Part shown: piece after piece, positions 9,909 to 19,640 of the stretch
Layout of the letters: the number at the start of each line of letters is the position of its first letter
Position numbering within the stretch: position 1 is the first letter of the stretch
Assembly (NCBI GenBank): GCA_963665095.1
Contig: OY762069.1
Span: 4,832,001-4,896,000 of the forward strand
Length of the DNA stretch: 64,000 bases
Direction of reading: 5' to 3'
Source: an uncultured Desulfobacter sp.
Lineage (GTDB): Bacteria; Desulfobacterota; Desulfobacteria; Desulfobacterales; Desulfobacteraceae
Notes under the pieces: model-generated
Seen by the model: only the letters and a program-made list of their open reading frames with translations
Databases searched by the model: none
What the model was told of the DNA's origin: nothing
Translations under genes and position numbers: made by a program

Positions 9909-9938
9909 ATTGTCATTTGTTAAGACCTGATCCCCGAC
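9890..9938. repeat. REP-like hairpin overlapping the stop codon of 8694..9908
   Basis: GTTGGGGGTCAGGTCTTGA / TTAAGACCTGATCCCCGAC imperfect inverted repeat. Confidence 0.7.
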
Positions 9939-9994
9939 ATTAGGCCCCCCGACTTTAGACCAACGAGAACGAAGCACACTTCTCAAACCAGAAT

Positions 9995-10666
9995 ATGAAA
10001 GGTAAAAATCACATGACCACAGACAATCCGTATGCAGATAAAGAAAAAGACCTTGAAACCGCCATTGCCATGGATAAAATCGCCAAGGGAATATTTGCCC
10101 CGATTTACCCGCTCCTGGCCGAACAGATCGTTGCGACCCACGGCATCACCAGCGGAATCTGCGTTGAAATCGGTACAGGTCCCGGCCCTTTGGCCATTGC
10201 CCTGGCTAAAATTACGGACCTGGAAATATATGCCCTGGACCAGTCTGAACATGCTGTGGGGTTTGCTAAAAACAATGCAGCGGACCAGGGTGTGGCAGGC
10301 CAGATAAATTTTATTCGGAAAGATGTGGTTTCCATGCCGTTCGAGGATGACTATGCCGACCTGATCGTTTCCCGGGGGTCTCTTTTTTTCTGGCCGGATT
10401 TAACTGCGGCCTTCAACGAGATATTCCGGATTCTTAAACCAGGGGGAAAAACCCATATCGGCGGGGGATTTGGCAACCATGAGGTCAAAAACAAAATTTT
10501 TGAAGCCATGGCAAAAAAGGATGGCAATTTTGCCCGGAAAGTCGGCAGCCGCATGGGGCCAGAAAACCTGGCCCGGTTCAAGGCCGCACTGAATGACTCC
10601 CTGGTGGAAAATTACGAGATCAGTGAGTCTGATGCAGGGTTGTGGATCCACATTTCAAAGCCATAA
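9995..10666 (+). CDS. Class I SAM-dependent methyltransferase (type 11-like; alternative start 10013)
   Basis: VEIGTGPG, MPFEDDYADLIVSRGS, RILKPGG. Confidence 0.88.
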   Translation: MKGKNHMTTDNPYADKEKDLETAIAMDKIAKGIFAPIYPLLAEQIVATHGITSGICVEIGTGPGPLAIALAKITDLEIYALDQSEHAVGFAKNNAADQGVAGQINFIRKDVVSMPFEDDYADLIVSRGSLFFWPDLTAAFNEIFRILKPGGKTHIGGGFGNHEVKNKIFEAMAKKDGNFARKVGSRMGPENLARFKAALNDSLVENYEISESDAGLWIHISKP

Positions 10667-10686
10667 AACAGGCGTATATTTAAAAA

Positions 10687-11829
10687 TTAAGATGTACTGG
10701 TGGTAATACGGTACAGGGATTCGAGCTCTTCCGGCGATACCGGCTTTCTGGCCTCGGCTGCAAGGGCTCTTACCCGGTGCAGCAGGCGTCTGGCTTCCGG
10801 GCCGTCCACTTCGATGTTACGGCTTGCCAGGGCATGCTTTACCGCAGCCGTTCCTGAATGAACACCCAGAATCAGTTCCCGGCAATTTTCCCGGCCTACC
10901 TGGTCCGGTTCAAACAGTTCATAGGAGTGGTGGTTCTTTAAGAGTCCTGCACAGTGGATACCTGATTCATGGGAAAAGATTCTGGCGCCGACAATGGGCT
11001 TGTCCGGGGCAATGGTCTGGCCTGAAAATTTTGCCACGGTTTCGCACAGGCGGGTCAGGCCTGCAAGCCGGATGTTGCCCCGTTTTGATCCGATGCCGAA
11101 CAGGGCCATGGCTGTCTCTTCAAGCGGTGCATTCCCTGCCCGTTCGCCAAGGCCGTTCACGGTGACGCTGATGGCGCTTGCCCCTGCATCAACGGCAGAC
11201 ACAGCATTGGCCGTGGCCATGCCAAGGTCGTTGTGGCCATGAAACTCAATGTCCATGGTGGGCAGATGCAGCAGAATGCTTTTTACCATATCCATAAGTA
11301 TGGCAGGGGTTGCCATGCCCACGGTGTCGGCCAAGCGTACCCGGTGTACCCCTAACTCCATGGCTCTCTGGCAGAACTGCAGCAGAAAGTTCATGCGGGT
11401 TCGGGTGGCGTCCTGGGCGCCCACGGAGACCTGGTCAAAATAGCCCCGGCTGTACATCACCAGCTGTTCCAGGGTCTCCATGACCCAGAATTCATTCTTT
11501 TCAAAGGTTTTGAGCAGAATGGAGGAGGTGGGAAAGCTGATGTGAACCCCGGGAGTGCCGCAGCCCACCGCCAGCTCAATATCCTTTTTCACGGCCCGGC
11601 ACCAGGCGGAGAGCATGCAGTTTAGGTTCTGCTGGGAGATGGCTTCAATTTCCCGGCAGGCGAACTCACCCATGGCAGGTACGCCGACTTCAATTTCATC
11701 GATCCCGCAATCTGCCAGCTGACTGGCAATCTCAATTTTTTCCAGGGGCCTGAACATCACCCCTGGTGCCTGCTCTCCGTCCCGAAGGGTGGTATCCACC
11801 ATCCAGACGCGCTGATCCCTGTGTCTCAT
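10687..11829 (-). CDS. nifV: Homocitrate synthase
   Basis: DTTLRDGEQAPG, HGHNDLGMATAN, GERAGN, HESGIH; last gene of the nif cluster. Confidence 0.9.
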   Translation of the reverse strand: MRHRDQRVWMVDTTLRDGEQAPGVMFRPLEKIEIASQLADCGIDEIEVGVPAMGEFACREIEAISQQNLNCMLSAWCRAVKKDIELAVGCGTPGVHISFPTSSILLKTFEKNEFWVMETLEQLVMYSRGYFDQVSVGAQDATRTRMNFLLQFCQRAMELGVHRVRLADTVGMATPAILMDMVKSILLHLPTMDIEFHGHNDLGMATANAVSAVDAGASAISVTVNGLGERAGNAPLEETAMALFGIGSKRGNIRLAGLTRLCETVAKFSGQTIAPDKPIVGARIFSHESGIHCAGLLKNHHSYELFEPDQVGRENCRELILGVHSGTAAVKHALASRNIEVDGPEARRLLHRVRALAAEARKPVSPEELESLYRITTSTS

Positions 11830-12134
11830 TACAGAACGTAGTCCTCTGCGATTTCGCCATCTTCCATGGCATCTAAAATATCATCAATGGCAGCTTCATT
11901 ATCCACATGGCCGTACCAGATGTTGTCCGGATAGATCACCATCACCGGCCCGTCATCACACTGTTTCAGGCAGCAGGTGGAAGAAACCAGCACTTCATCA
12001 AGCCCGCGGTCTATGACTTCATTTTCAATATAAGCCAGAAAGTCCCCGGATCCTTTTTTGTGACATTTACCTTTGGGCTCCCCATTGGGACGAAAACTTG
12101 CGCATACTAAAATGTGTTTCTTAGGTTTGTTCAT
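11829..12134 (-). CDS. Thioredoxin-like [2Fe-2S] ferredoxin
   Basis: HILVC...KC...CLKQCDDGPVMVIYPDNIWY. Confidence 0.88.
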   Translation of the reverse strand: MNKPKKHILVCASFRPNGEPKGKCHKKGSGDFLAYIENEVIDRGLDEVLVSSTCCLKQCDDGPVMVIYPDNIWYGHVDNEAAIDDILDAMEDGEIAEDYVL

Positions 12135-12285
12135 TTTGTTTCTCCTTATTATGATGATTTAAATCATTAAATTGTTCAGTTCGGGTCTAAAAATTATTGT
12201 TCCTAGGCTCGTGGGAAGGAATTAAAACGGTCCCAATTAAAACGGTTCAGATTTAAACTCTTCCAAGCAAAACGTTCCGGGGGAG

Positions 12286-12411
12286 GTGTTTGGACGAGAA
12301 ATTATCCAGATGCAAGGCGCAAGCAAAGCTGGAACCGGAGCGTACTAAAGTACGTGAGGATTGCAGTTTTGTGCAGCAACGCCGCAGGTGGATGATTTCT
12401 CGTCCAAACAC
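12286..12411 (-). repeat. 126-bp palindromic interspersed repeat, copy 2
   Basis: Ends GTGTTTGGACGAGAAAT / ATTTCTCGTCCAAACAC; reverse complement aligns to 6701..6840. Confidence 0.9.
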
Positions 12412-12413
12412 GT

Positions 12414-13730
12414 TTACATGCAGCCTGTTCCTGTGCCCCTGCACTCCCCACCACAACCGGAATTCTCCCGGACAATGAGGTGGTTCAGGGATTCGCCTTT
12501 TTTCAAGGCCACCAGCACAAGATCAATCATCCCATTCACTTCAAGAAGGGTAAATCCCATGGCTGTCAGGGTTTTTTTAGGCGTCTCTCCCACACCAGAT
12601 ACAAGAATCGTGTGGCAGTCCTGGATAACCCGGCCAAGTTTCTGCCAGCGCAGAGTGCCGGAACCAGCTTTGGGTAAGGCGCGTGTTTCAACGAATTCAG
12701 GTACATCTTTGGTTAAATCATAAATATCCAGGCTTTCAGCTTCCCCGAGATGCTGGTTTATAAGTGCCCCTTCCCTGGAGGCAATGGCCACATAGGACCG
12801 TTCCTCTTTTTCAGGGGGCAATGGTGCGGCAGTTTCAGGACAGGAGCCGGCACAGGAGGCATTGGGGAAGGGCACAGGCGTTGTGGCATGATAGGTCAGC
12901 CGCTCCATGAGCCGGGTATTTACGGGGTCATCAAGCAGGCCCACTGCATCGGCCCGACAACGCTTGCAGTGGGTCATCTGGGGAACAAAAACCTGGGCAG
13001 CCTTGCGGATGGTTTTAATCATCTCTTTGCTCGGCTCTGCCATGTTTTCAAAGTTGGAGCCGGCCGTGGGGTAATAGGGCATACAGTTGAAGATATCCAC
13101 ACCCATTTCACCCATGGCTCTGGCCACCTCCACCATATGATGATCGTTTATCCCGGGCAGGACAATGGAGTTGACCTTTACAAGGATATTGCGTTCCTTT
13201 AAACCTCTGACCGCCTCAAGCTGGCGCTCCAGAAGAATTCTGGCTCCCTGGGCCGGGCCTAGGGAACGTTTCCCCACTCTCATCCAGGCGTAGATGTTTT
13301 TTCCGATTTCAGGGTCCACGGCATTAATGGTCAGGCTGACGTGGGTGACGTTGACTTCTGCCAGCTGATCCAGGTAAGGCGCAATGTTCATTCCGTTGGT
13401 GGCCACGCACAAAAGCATTTCCGGATAGGTTTCCCGTACTTTTGTCAGGGTCTCCATGGTCTTGTCGCCGTTGGCAAAGGGGTCTCCGGGGCCGGCTATC
13501 CCCACAACCGAGGTGTTGGGCTTGGCCTCTACCACCTCTGCAAGATATGCCATGGCCTGGTCCGGAGTCAGGATAGAGGAGGTGACACCGGGACGGCTTT
13601 CATTCACACAGTCAAACTTGCGGTTGCAGAAATTGCACTGGATATTGCAGGCTGGGGCCACAGGCAGGTGGACACGGCCGAAATCTTTACAGGATTTTTT
13701 ATTAAAGCAGGGGTGGTTATCTAAGTTCAT
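12414..13730 (-). CDS. nifB: FeMo-cofactor biosynthesis radical SAM protein NifB (with NifX-like C-terminal domain)
   Basis: HPC, HLPVAPACNIQCNFCNRKFDC, ESRPG, AGPGDP, CKRCRADA, INQHLG. Confidence 0.97.
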   Translation of the reverse strand: MNLDNHPCFNKKSCKDFGRVHLPVAPACNIQCNFCNRKFDCVNESRPGVTSSILTPDQAMAYLAEVVEAKPNTSVVGIAGPGDPFANGDKTMETLTKVRETYPEMLLCVATNGMNIAPYLDQLAEVNVTHVSLTINAVDPEIGKNIYAWMRVGKRSLGPAQGARILLERQLEAVRGLKERNILVKVNSIVLPGINDHHMVEVARAMGEMGVDIFNCMPYYPTAGSNFENMAEPSKEMIKTIRKAAQVFVPQMTHCKRCRADAVGLLDDPVNTRLMERLTYHATTPVPFPNASCAGSCPETAAPLPPEKEERSYVAIASREGALINQHLGEAESLDIYDLTKDVPEFVETRALPKAGSGTLRWQKLGRVIQDCHTILVSGVGETPKKTLTAMGFTLLEVNGMIDLVLVALKKGESLNHLIVRENSGCGGECRGTGTGCM

Positions 13731-13759
13731 TTTATTTCCTTGCTATCTTTCAAAGTGCT

Positions 13760-15163
13760 TTACATATATGAATAACCCACACGGGATTCGGTCTGTCTAT
13801 GTGTCAGTATGGCGTTGACAATGGTGTCGAACAGCTGCTGGGCGCCGTTGTATCCCACATGGAGAATGCGGGAGCCGCCCACACGGTCGTGGATGGGGAA
13901 TCCCACCCGGACCAGCGGAATGTTAAGCCGTCGGGCCATGGCATAGCCCTTGGAGTTGCCGATGATCAGTTCAGGGGCCTGGTCTTTGGGCATGGCGGCA
14001 GCGGTTTCTTCCATACGGGTGAAGTCCATGTCTTCCTGGATCTGTACACGATCCCTGATGGTTTCCGGCAGGACCTCTTCAAGCGCCTGTTTGAAAAGCC
14101 GGCTTTTTCCGCCGGAGGCGCAGAGAACCGGAATGATGCCGATCTCGGCCAGAAACCCTGCCATGCTTACCACAAAGTCCTCTTCCCCGTAGACCAGTGC
14201 CTTTTTTTTGGAGACATATTTGTTGCCGTCTACATAGGCATCCACCAGGCGCCATTTTTCCTTGCGGTACCGTTCGGGTACAGGGTTTCCCGAGATCTGG
14301 GACAGGGCGTCAAAGAACTTGTCACACGCCTTGACCCCGATGGGGATGGGCAGCCGGGTACAGGGGATGCCAAACCGTTTGGATAAAATGGTACCGGCAG
14401 TTGATGCCCCTTTTTCTGCAGTTTTGGCCAGCACTGCACCAAACTCCATGCTGTGAACCGACACATTCATCTTTTCAATGGCGGAAATGGGGGTGCCGCC
14501 TTTCTGAATGGCCTGATACTCCTGCCAGGAGGGACCTTCCAGCCGCTCTGAGTAATCGGGCAGAATGGCCACAGGGGAATGAAAGTCTTCAAAAATATCT
14601 TTAAGGTGCCGCAGATCCTCGTTGGAGAGCATCCCGGGAAACAGGTTGACTGTTTTTTTCTTCTTAGGCCGGTATACCACCTTTTTGCCGGCCGGGTTAA
14701 AGCGGTCCACAACAGCTGCCACTGCCCCGTGGAATCCGTCCACATGGGTGCCGGAATAAGAAGGGGTGGAGACATGAACCAGGGCTGTTCCTTTAATGGC
14801 GCCGCCCATGCTGTTCAGGATCAGCTGCACATCATCACCAATGGTTTCGGAAAGACAGGTGGTGGCAATGCCGATCATGGCGGGACTGTACTGCCGGGCC
14901 ACGTTTTCAATGGCCAGTTTGAGATTGGCTCCGCCGCCAAAGACAGCGGTTTCTTCCGTAAAGTTGGAGGAGGCAATATCCACGGGCTCCTTGAAATGGG
15001 AGATCAGATATCTGCGCATGTAGGTGGAGCATCCCTGGGAGCCGTGGAGCAGGGGGACGCAGCCTTCAATGCCCTGGAAGACCAGAGTGGCGCCTAAGGG
15101 CGTGCACATCTTGCAGGCGTTCTGGGTGGGGGTATATGCATTTTTGGATCGGTTTTGGGTCAT
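13760..15163 (-). CDS. nifN: FeMo-cofactor scaffold NifN
   Basis: ACKMCTPLGA, HGSQGC, TTCLSETIGDD, GFPIHDR; position after nifE. Confidence 0.93.
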   Translation of the reverse strand: MTQNRSKNAYTPTQNACKMCTPLGATLVFQGIEGCVPLLHGSQGCSTYMRRYLISHFKEPVDIASSNFTEETAVFGGGANLKLAIENVARQYSPAMIGIATTCLSETIGDDVQLILNSMGGAIKGTALVHVSTPSYSGTHVDGFHGAVAAVVDRFNPAGKKVVYRPKKKKTVNLFPGMLSNEDLRHLKDIFEDFHSPVAILPDYSERLEGPSWQEYQAIQKGGTPISAIEKMNVSVHSMEFGAVLAKTAEKGASTAGTILSKRFGIPCTRLPIPIGVKACDKFFDALSQISGNPVPERYRKEKWRLVDAYVDGNKYVSKKKALVYGEEDFVVSMAGFLAEIGIIPVLCASGGKSRLFKQALEEVLPETIRDRVQIQEDMDFTRMEETAAAMPKDQAPELIIGNSKGYAMARRLNIPLVRVGFPIHDRVGGSRILHVGYNGAQQLFDTIVNAILTHRQTESRVGYSYM

Positions 15164-16536
15164 ATGGCACCTTCCTTCCCTTTACTGTTCTGTCGTCTTG
15201 GCACAAGATCCCAAATGGGGCTTGTTACGGTTGAGTGGACCTCTTCTGCGAAATTGGCCATGCCCTCAAATCCCACCAACGGGATTTTTCGTTCGTGGTT
15301 GTGATCGCAGAAGCCGATACCAAGTTTATAGGCAATGGGCCGTTCCTTGACGCCGCCGATAAACAGATCAGCATCCTTCTCAATGGTGTATTTTGCCAGC
15401 TCCAGGGGGTTGGAGTCGTCCACGATAACGGTTCCCTCGTTGCACATTTCTCTTAAGACTTCATAATCTTCTTTGGTTCCGGTCTGGGAGCCTGCCAGAA
15501 CCACTTCCATGCCCAGGGTTTTCAAGGCCTTGATCATGGAAAATGCCTTGAAGGCACCGCCCACATAAATGGCGGCCTTTTTGCCTTCAAGATCTTTTTT
15601 CTTTTCTTCGAGATCCGGCACGATGGCCTGGACCTCTTTTTTAATCAGTTTCCGGGTATTATTCAGAATATCCGGGTTGTCCTTGAAATGAACAGCCACT
15701 TTGTAAAGGGCTTCCGAGGTATCTTCAATTCCAAAGTAGGAGACCCGGATAAAAGGAATGCCGTACTCTTTTTCCATGGCCTTGGCCAGATGGGTGACGG
15801 AGCCTGAACACTGCACCACGTTAAGGGCGGCATTTTTGGACTGCATCACTTCATCCACCCGGCCGTCGCCGGTGATCACGGAGACCACCTTGACGCCCAT
15901 GGCTTCGTAATATTTTTTGATAATCCAGGTTTCGCCGCCGATGTTGAACTCCCCTAAAATATTAATGGAGTCAGGGATGGTGGCCTTGGGCACAGGATTT
16001 CGGTTGATCAGGCTGAACAAGGCGTCACATGCCGCCTTGTAACCGTCTTTTTTGGTTCCTTTAAATCCTTCGGAATGGACAGGGATGACAGGGATGCCGG
16101 TTGTTTCTTCAACCTGACGGCAGACCGCATCCACATCATCTCCAATAATGCCGACAATACAGGTGCAGTAAATAAAGGCAGCTTTAGGCGCATATTTTTT
16201 AATGAGCTCAAGAAGCGCCCGTCTTAATTTTTTTTCTCCACCGTAAATCACATCAGTCTCGGACAGGTCGGTTGAAAAACTCATCCTGTGAAGTTCCGGA
16301 CCTGAAGAGAGTGACCCGCGGATATCCCAGGTGTAGGACGCGCATCCAATGGGTCCATGGATAAGATGCAGGGCATCTGCGATGGGGTAAAGCACCACCC
16401 TGGATCCGCAGAATACGCAGGCCCGCTGGCTCACCGCGCCGGCCAGGCTTTTGGTTTCACATTCCATTTCAAAGGGTTGGTTCCCCTTCTGGTAGATTGA
16501 CTTTTCCCGTTGTTTGAGTACTGATATGCTGGTCAT
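15160..16536 (-). CDS. nifE: FeMo-cofactor scaffold NifE
   Basis: SQRACVFCG, HGPIGC, CIVGIIGDD, VVQCSGS. Confidence 0.95.
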   Translation of the reverse strand: MTSISVLKQREKSIYQKGNQPFEMECETKSLAGAVSQRACVFCGSRVVLYPIADALHLIHGPIGCASYTWDIRGSLSSGPELHRMSFSTDLSETDVIYGGEKKLRRALLELIKKYAPKAAFIYCTCIVGIIGDDVDAVCRQVEETTGIPVIPVHSEGFKGTKKDGYKAACDALFSLINRNPVPKATIPDSINILGEFNIGGETWIIKKYYEAMGVKVVSVITGDGRVDEVMQSKNAALNVVQCSGSVTHLAKAMEKEYGIPFIRVSYFGIEDTSEALYKVAVHFKDNPDILNNTRKLIKKEVQAIVPDLEEKKKDLEGKKAAIYVGGAFKAFSMIKALKTLGMEVVLAGSQTGTKEDYEVLREMCNEGTVIVDDSNPLELAKYTIEKDADLFIGGVKERPIAYKLGIGFCDHNHERKIPLVGFEGMANFAEEVHSTVTSPIWDLVPRRQNSKGKEGAI

Positions 16537-16555
16537 TTTATCTGTCCTTTGCTTT

Positions 16556-17932
16556 CTACTCTACCAATTCAAAACTTTCTTCAGGTGCATCGCGGTCCTT
16601 GCGGTCCATGAGAACGCCCAGGATTTTTTCCAGCAGATACAGCCCGCCTTTGTATCCCACCGTGGGGAAATAGGAGTGGCCGATCCGGTCCAGGATGGGG
16701 AATCCGTGGCGTACAAAGGGGATATCCTCGTCCCGGGCAATGTACTTGCCATAGGTATTGCAGATGAGAAGATCCACAGGTTCGTTTTTGATCCACTGAT
16801 GCAAAAGGAACAGGTCGCCGGGATTTTTTACATTAATATCGTCGCCGAACCGTGCCGTGATTTCCTTGATCCGTTTGGTAAAGGCTTTACCCGGGGTGCC
16901 GGTAACGATGTGGACCGGTTTCATACCAATGGTGACCAGAAATTCAGTCAGGGAGATGACCTGGTCCGGATCTCCTGCAATGGCCACCTTTTTACCGTAC
17001 AGCAGGGGCTGCATGTCTGAGATCACATCTAACAGCTGTCCGCGTTCCCGGGTAATGCTGTCGGGAACGGATACGCCAGCTGCGGTGCGCAGGGCATCAA
17101 CAAACCGGTCTGTGGCCAGAAGGCCGATGGGCAGATCCTGAACGGTGCAGGGTACTTTGAACTGGCTGTCAAGGGTTCTGACCGCATCTGCACAGGCCCA
17201 TTGGCCCAGTCCGATGGATCCCATGCTGTCGCCGGTGCTTTTGAGCGCATCAACGGAGACCCCGCCCTTGGGGTACATCTGGAATTTGCCGGTCAAAGGC
17301 CCGTTCAGGATGCCGGAAGTGTCCGGAAACAGGATCGAGTCAATGCCCAGCATTGAGGCGATCCTTTTGATTTCAACCATGTCCGAAGGCTCCACATATC
17401 CGGGCACAATATTGAATTTGCCGTTGGGTTTGCCGGTTTTTTCGGAAAGCTGGGTGACCATGGATTTGACCATATTGGAAAAGCCTGTGACATGGGATCC
17501 CACATAGGACGGCGTTGATGTATGAATGACATGCTTGCCTTCGGGGATGGTGCCGTCTTGTCTGGCTTTTTTGACAATCTGGTTTACGTCGTCACCAATG
17601 GTTTCAGACAGACAGGTGGTGTGGACTGCCACCACGTCCGGGTTATAGGTGGTGAATATGGTCAAAAGGGCTTGGATCAGGTTGGCCTGGCCACCGAATA
17701 CTGATGCCCCTTCAGTAAAGGAGGAGGTGGCCGCCATGACGGGCTCACGGTAGTGGCGGGTCAAGGCGGATCTGTGATAGGCACAGCAACCCTGGGACCC
17801 ATGGCTGTGAGGCAAGCAGCCATGGATACCTAACGCCGCATACATGGCGCCTATGGGCTGACAGGTCTTGGCCGGGTTAACGGTCAAGAATTTTCGTTCT
17901 TTAATCTCTTTGGGTGTATGTCGAAGCAGCAT
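16556..17932 (-). CDS. nifK: Nitrogenase MoFe protein beta chain
   Basis: NPAKTCQPIGA, HGSQGCC, TTCLSETIGDD, TPSYVGSH, GFPILDR. Confidence 0.97.
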   Translation of the reverse strand: MLLRHTPKEIKERKFLTVNPAKTCQPIGAMYAALGIHGCLPHSHGSQGCCAYHRSALTRHYREPVMAATSSFTEGASVFGGQANLIQALLTIFTTYNPDVVAVHTTCLSETIGDDVNQIVKKARQDGTIPEGKHVIHTSTPSYVGSHVTGFSNMVKSMVTQLSEKTGKPNGKFNIVPGYVEPSDMVEIKRIASMLGIDSILFPDTSGILNGPLTGKFQMYPKGGVSVDALKSTGDSMGSIGLGQWACADAVRTLDSQFKVPCTVQDLPIGLLATDRFVDALRTAAGVSVPDSITRERGQLLDVISDMQPLLYGKKVAIAGDPDQVISLTEFLVTIGMKPVHIVTGTPGKAFTKRIKEITARFGDDINVKNPGDLFLLHQWIKNEPVDLLICNTYGKYIARDEDIPFVRHGFPILDRIGHSYFPTVGYKGGLYLLEKILGVLMDRKDRDAPEESFELVE

Positions 17933-17972
17933 AAGTTTCTCCTGGTGCTTTTTTATCTTAAAGTTTCAACTG

Positions 17973-19604
17973 TTATTCCCAGGCGTATGTGGCGGACAAC
18001 TCAGGTGCCTCCTGCCATGGGGCTTTCAAGTACTGCCAGATGTTGGCGTTAAGCATGCGGTCAATCTCTTCATACCAGTTTATGGCACCTTGAAAGACCG
18101 CATACGGTCCACCCGAATCATAGGAGTGGAGCTGCTTCATGGGGATACCATGTTTCTGGATGGCATACTTTTCCTTGATACCGGCACAGAAGATGTCAGG
18201 CTTGTACATGGCAAGAAGCGTGTCTGTCTCATGCTGACTGATGTCATCGACAATCAGGGAGCCTTTGGCCATATCTGGAATCATGCCCTCATACTCTTTG
18301 AATGGATACCCCTTTTCTTCCAGGGTCTTCATCTGTTCTTCAGTCTTTCTGGGGTTGTACCGGGTTTCATCCTGTTCGATTTCCAGCTCCTCAATGTTTC
18401 TGGAGTCCGCGTCAATTTTGATGTCGGGAATGACATGGCGCCCTTCATAGTCGTCCCTGTGGGCAAACTCGTATCCGGCTGAAAGAACTTCCACGCCGAT
18501 ATCCCTGAACAGTTCCTGATAGTGATGGGCCCGGGAGCCACCCACAAACATCATGGCTGTTTTGCCTTCACACCGCGGTTTGATCTCTGCAATTTTGGCC
18601 TCAACAGGCGCCATTTCTTCGGCAATCACCTCTTCAACACGGTCAATGAGCTCCTGGTCTTCAAAATAGGCGGCTATTTTGCGCAGGCTTTCAGCGGTTG
18701 ACTTGGGCCCCAGGAAATTAACCTTTATCCAGGGAATGCCGTATTTGGTTTCAAGCATGTCAGCCACGTAATTAATGGATCTGTGGCACATGACCGCATT
18801 GAGATCTGCAGTGTGGCAGTTGGCAAACTGATCAACGGTGGAGTTCCCGGAAAAAGTGGATACCAGTTCAACGCCGCATTTATTCAGCAGCTCTTCAATG
18901 ATAAATCCATCGCCGCCGATGTTGTATTCGCCGAGCAGGTTGATTTTGTATTTGGCGTCCATGACGGTGTCATCAAGGCCAACGACATGGGTAAAAATGG
19001 TGTTGTTGGCAATATGATGGCCGGCAGACTGGCTGACGCCTTTGTAACCTTCGCAGGAGAAGCCGAATATATTGATGCCGAGCTTTTCTTTCATCTCTCT
19101 TGCCACAGCATGGACATCGTCACCGATCAGACCCACCGGACAGGTGGAGAAGATGGAGATGGCCTTGGGTTTGAAAATGTCGTAGGCTTCCTGGATGGCA
19201 GCTTTGAGTTTCTTTTCCCCGCCGAAGACAATATCTTGGTCCTGCATGTCCGTGGAAAAGCAGTAGGTCATATAATTGTCCGCATCCTCGGATGGCGTGC
19301 GGGTCTGGTTACGCCGGGTGAGCCATGAATAGAATCCGCAGCCGATGGGGCCGTGGGTTAAATTGATGATATCCCTGGTCGGTCCCATGATAACGCCCTT
19401 GCAGCCGGCATAGCAGCAGCCTCTCTGGGTGATGATGCCCGGCACGGTCCTGACATTTGCGCCCACGGAAAGGCCGTCTTTGTCATCGCTTAAAACCGGT
19501 GTGATCTGCTTGGCACGTTTCCGGGCCACCTTGGGCGGATACTTTGCCAGTATTTCTTTTTTTATATCTTCCGGGTTAACGGTGATGTTTCGTTCGCCTG
19601 TCAT
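17973..19604 (-). CDS. nifD: Nitrogenase MoFe protein alpha chain (group II type, with internal insertion)
   Basis: RGCCYAGC, HGPIGC, CPVGLIGDD, GVSQSAGHH, CHRS cofactor Cys, HSYDSGGPY His. Confidence 0.97.
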   Translation of the reverse strand: MTGERNITVNPEDIKKEILAKYPPKVARKRAKQITPVLSDDKDGLSVGANVRTVPGIITQRGCCYAGCKGVIMGPTRDIINLTHGPIGCGFYSWLTRRNQTRTPSEDADNYMTYCFSTDMQDQDIVFGGEKKLKAAIQEAYDIFKPKAISIFSTCPVGLIGDDVHAVAREMKEKLGINIFGFSCEGYKGVSQSAGHHIANNTIFTHVVGLDDTVMDAKYKINLLGEYNIGGDGFIIEELLNKCGVELVSTFSGNSTVDQFANCHTADLNAVMCHRSINYVADMLETKYGIPWIKVNFLGPKSTAESLRKIAAYFEDQELIDRVEEVIAEEMAPVEAKIAEIKPRCEGKTAMMFVGGSRAHHYQELFRDIGVEVLSAGYEFAHRDDYEGRHVIPDIKIDADSRNIEELEIEQDETRYNPRKTEEQMKTLEEKGYPFKEYEGMIPDMAKGSLIVDDISQHETDTLLAMYKPDIFCAGIKEKYAIQKHGIPMKQLHSYDSGGPYAVFQGAINWYEEIDRMLNANIWQYLKAPWQEAPELSATYAWE

Positions 19605-19640
19605 ATAATTACCCCTAACTTTTCTCTCATGTTGTTTTGC

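Noticed and set aside
12220..12250. Short direct repeat AATTAAAACGGT, two copies
   Set aside because: Only two short AT-rich units; no array structure or supportable function
16556..19604. Possible V- or Fe-only nitrogenase
   Set aside because: No G subunit between D and K (40-nt gap); nifEN present; CHRS and HSYD motifs fit the Mo type
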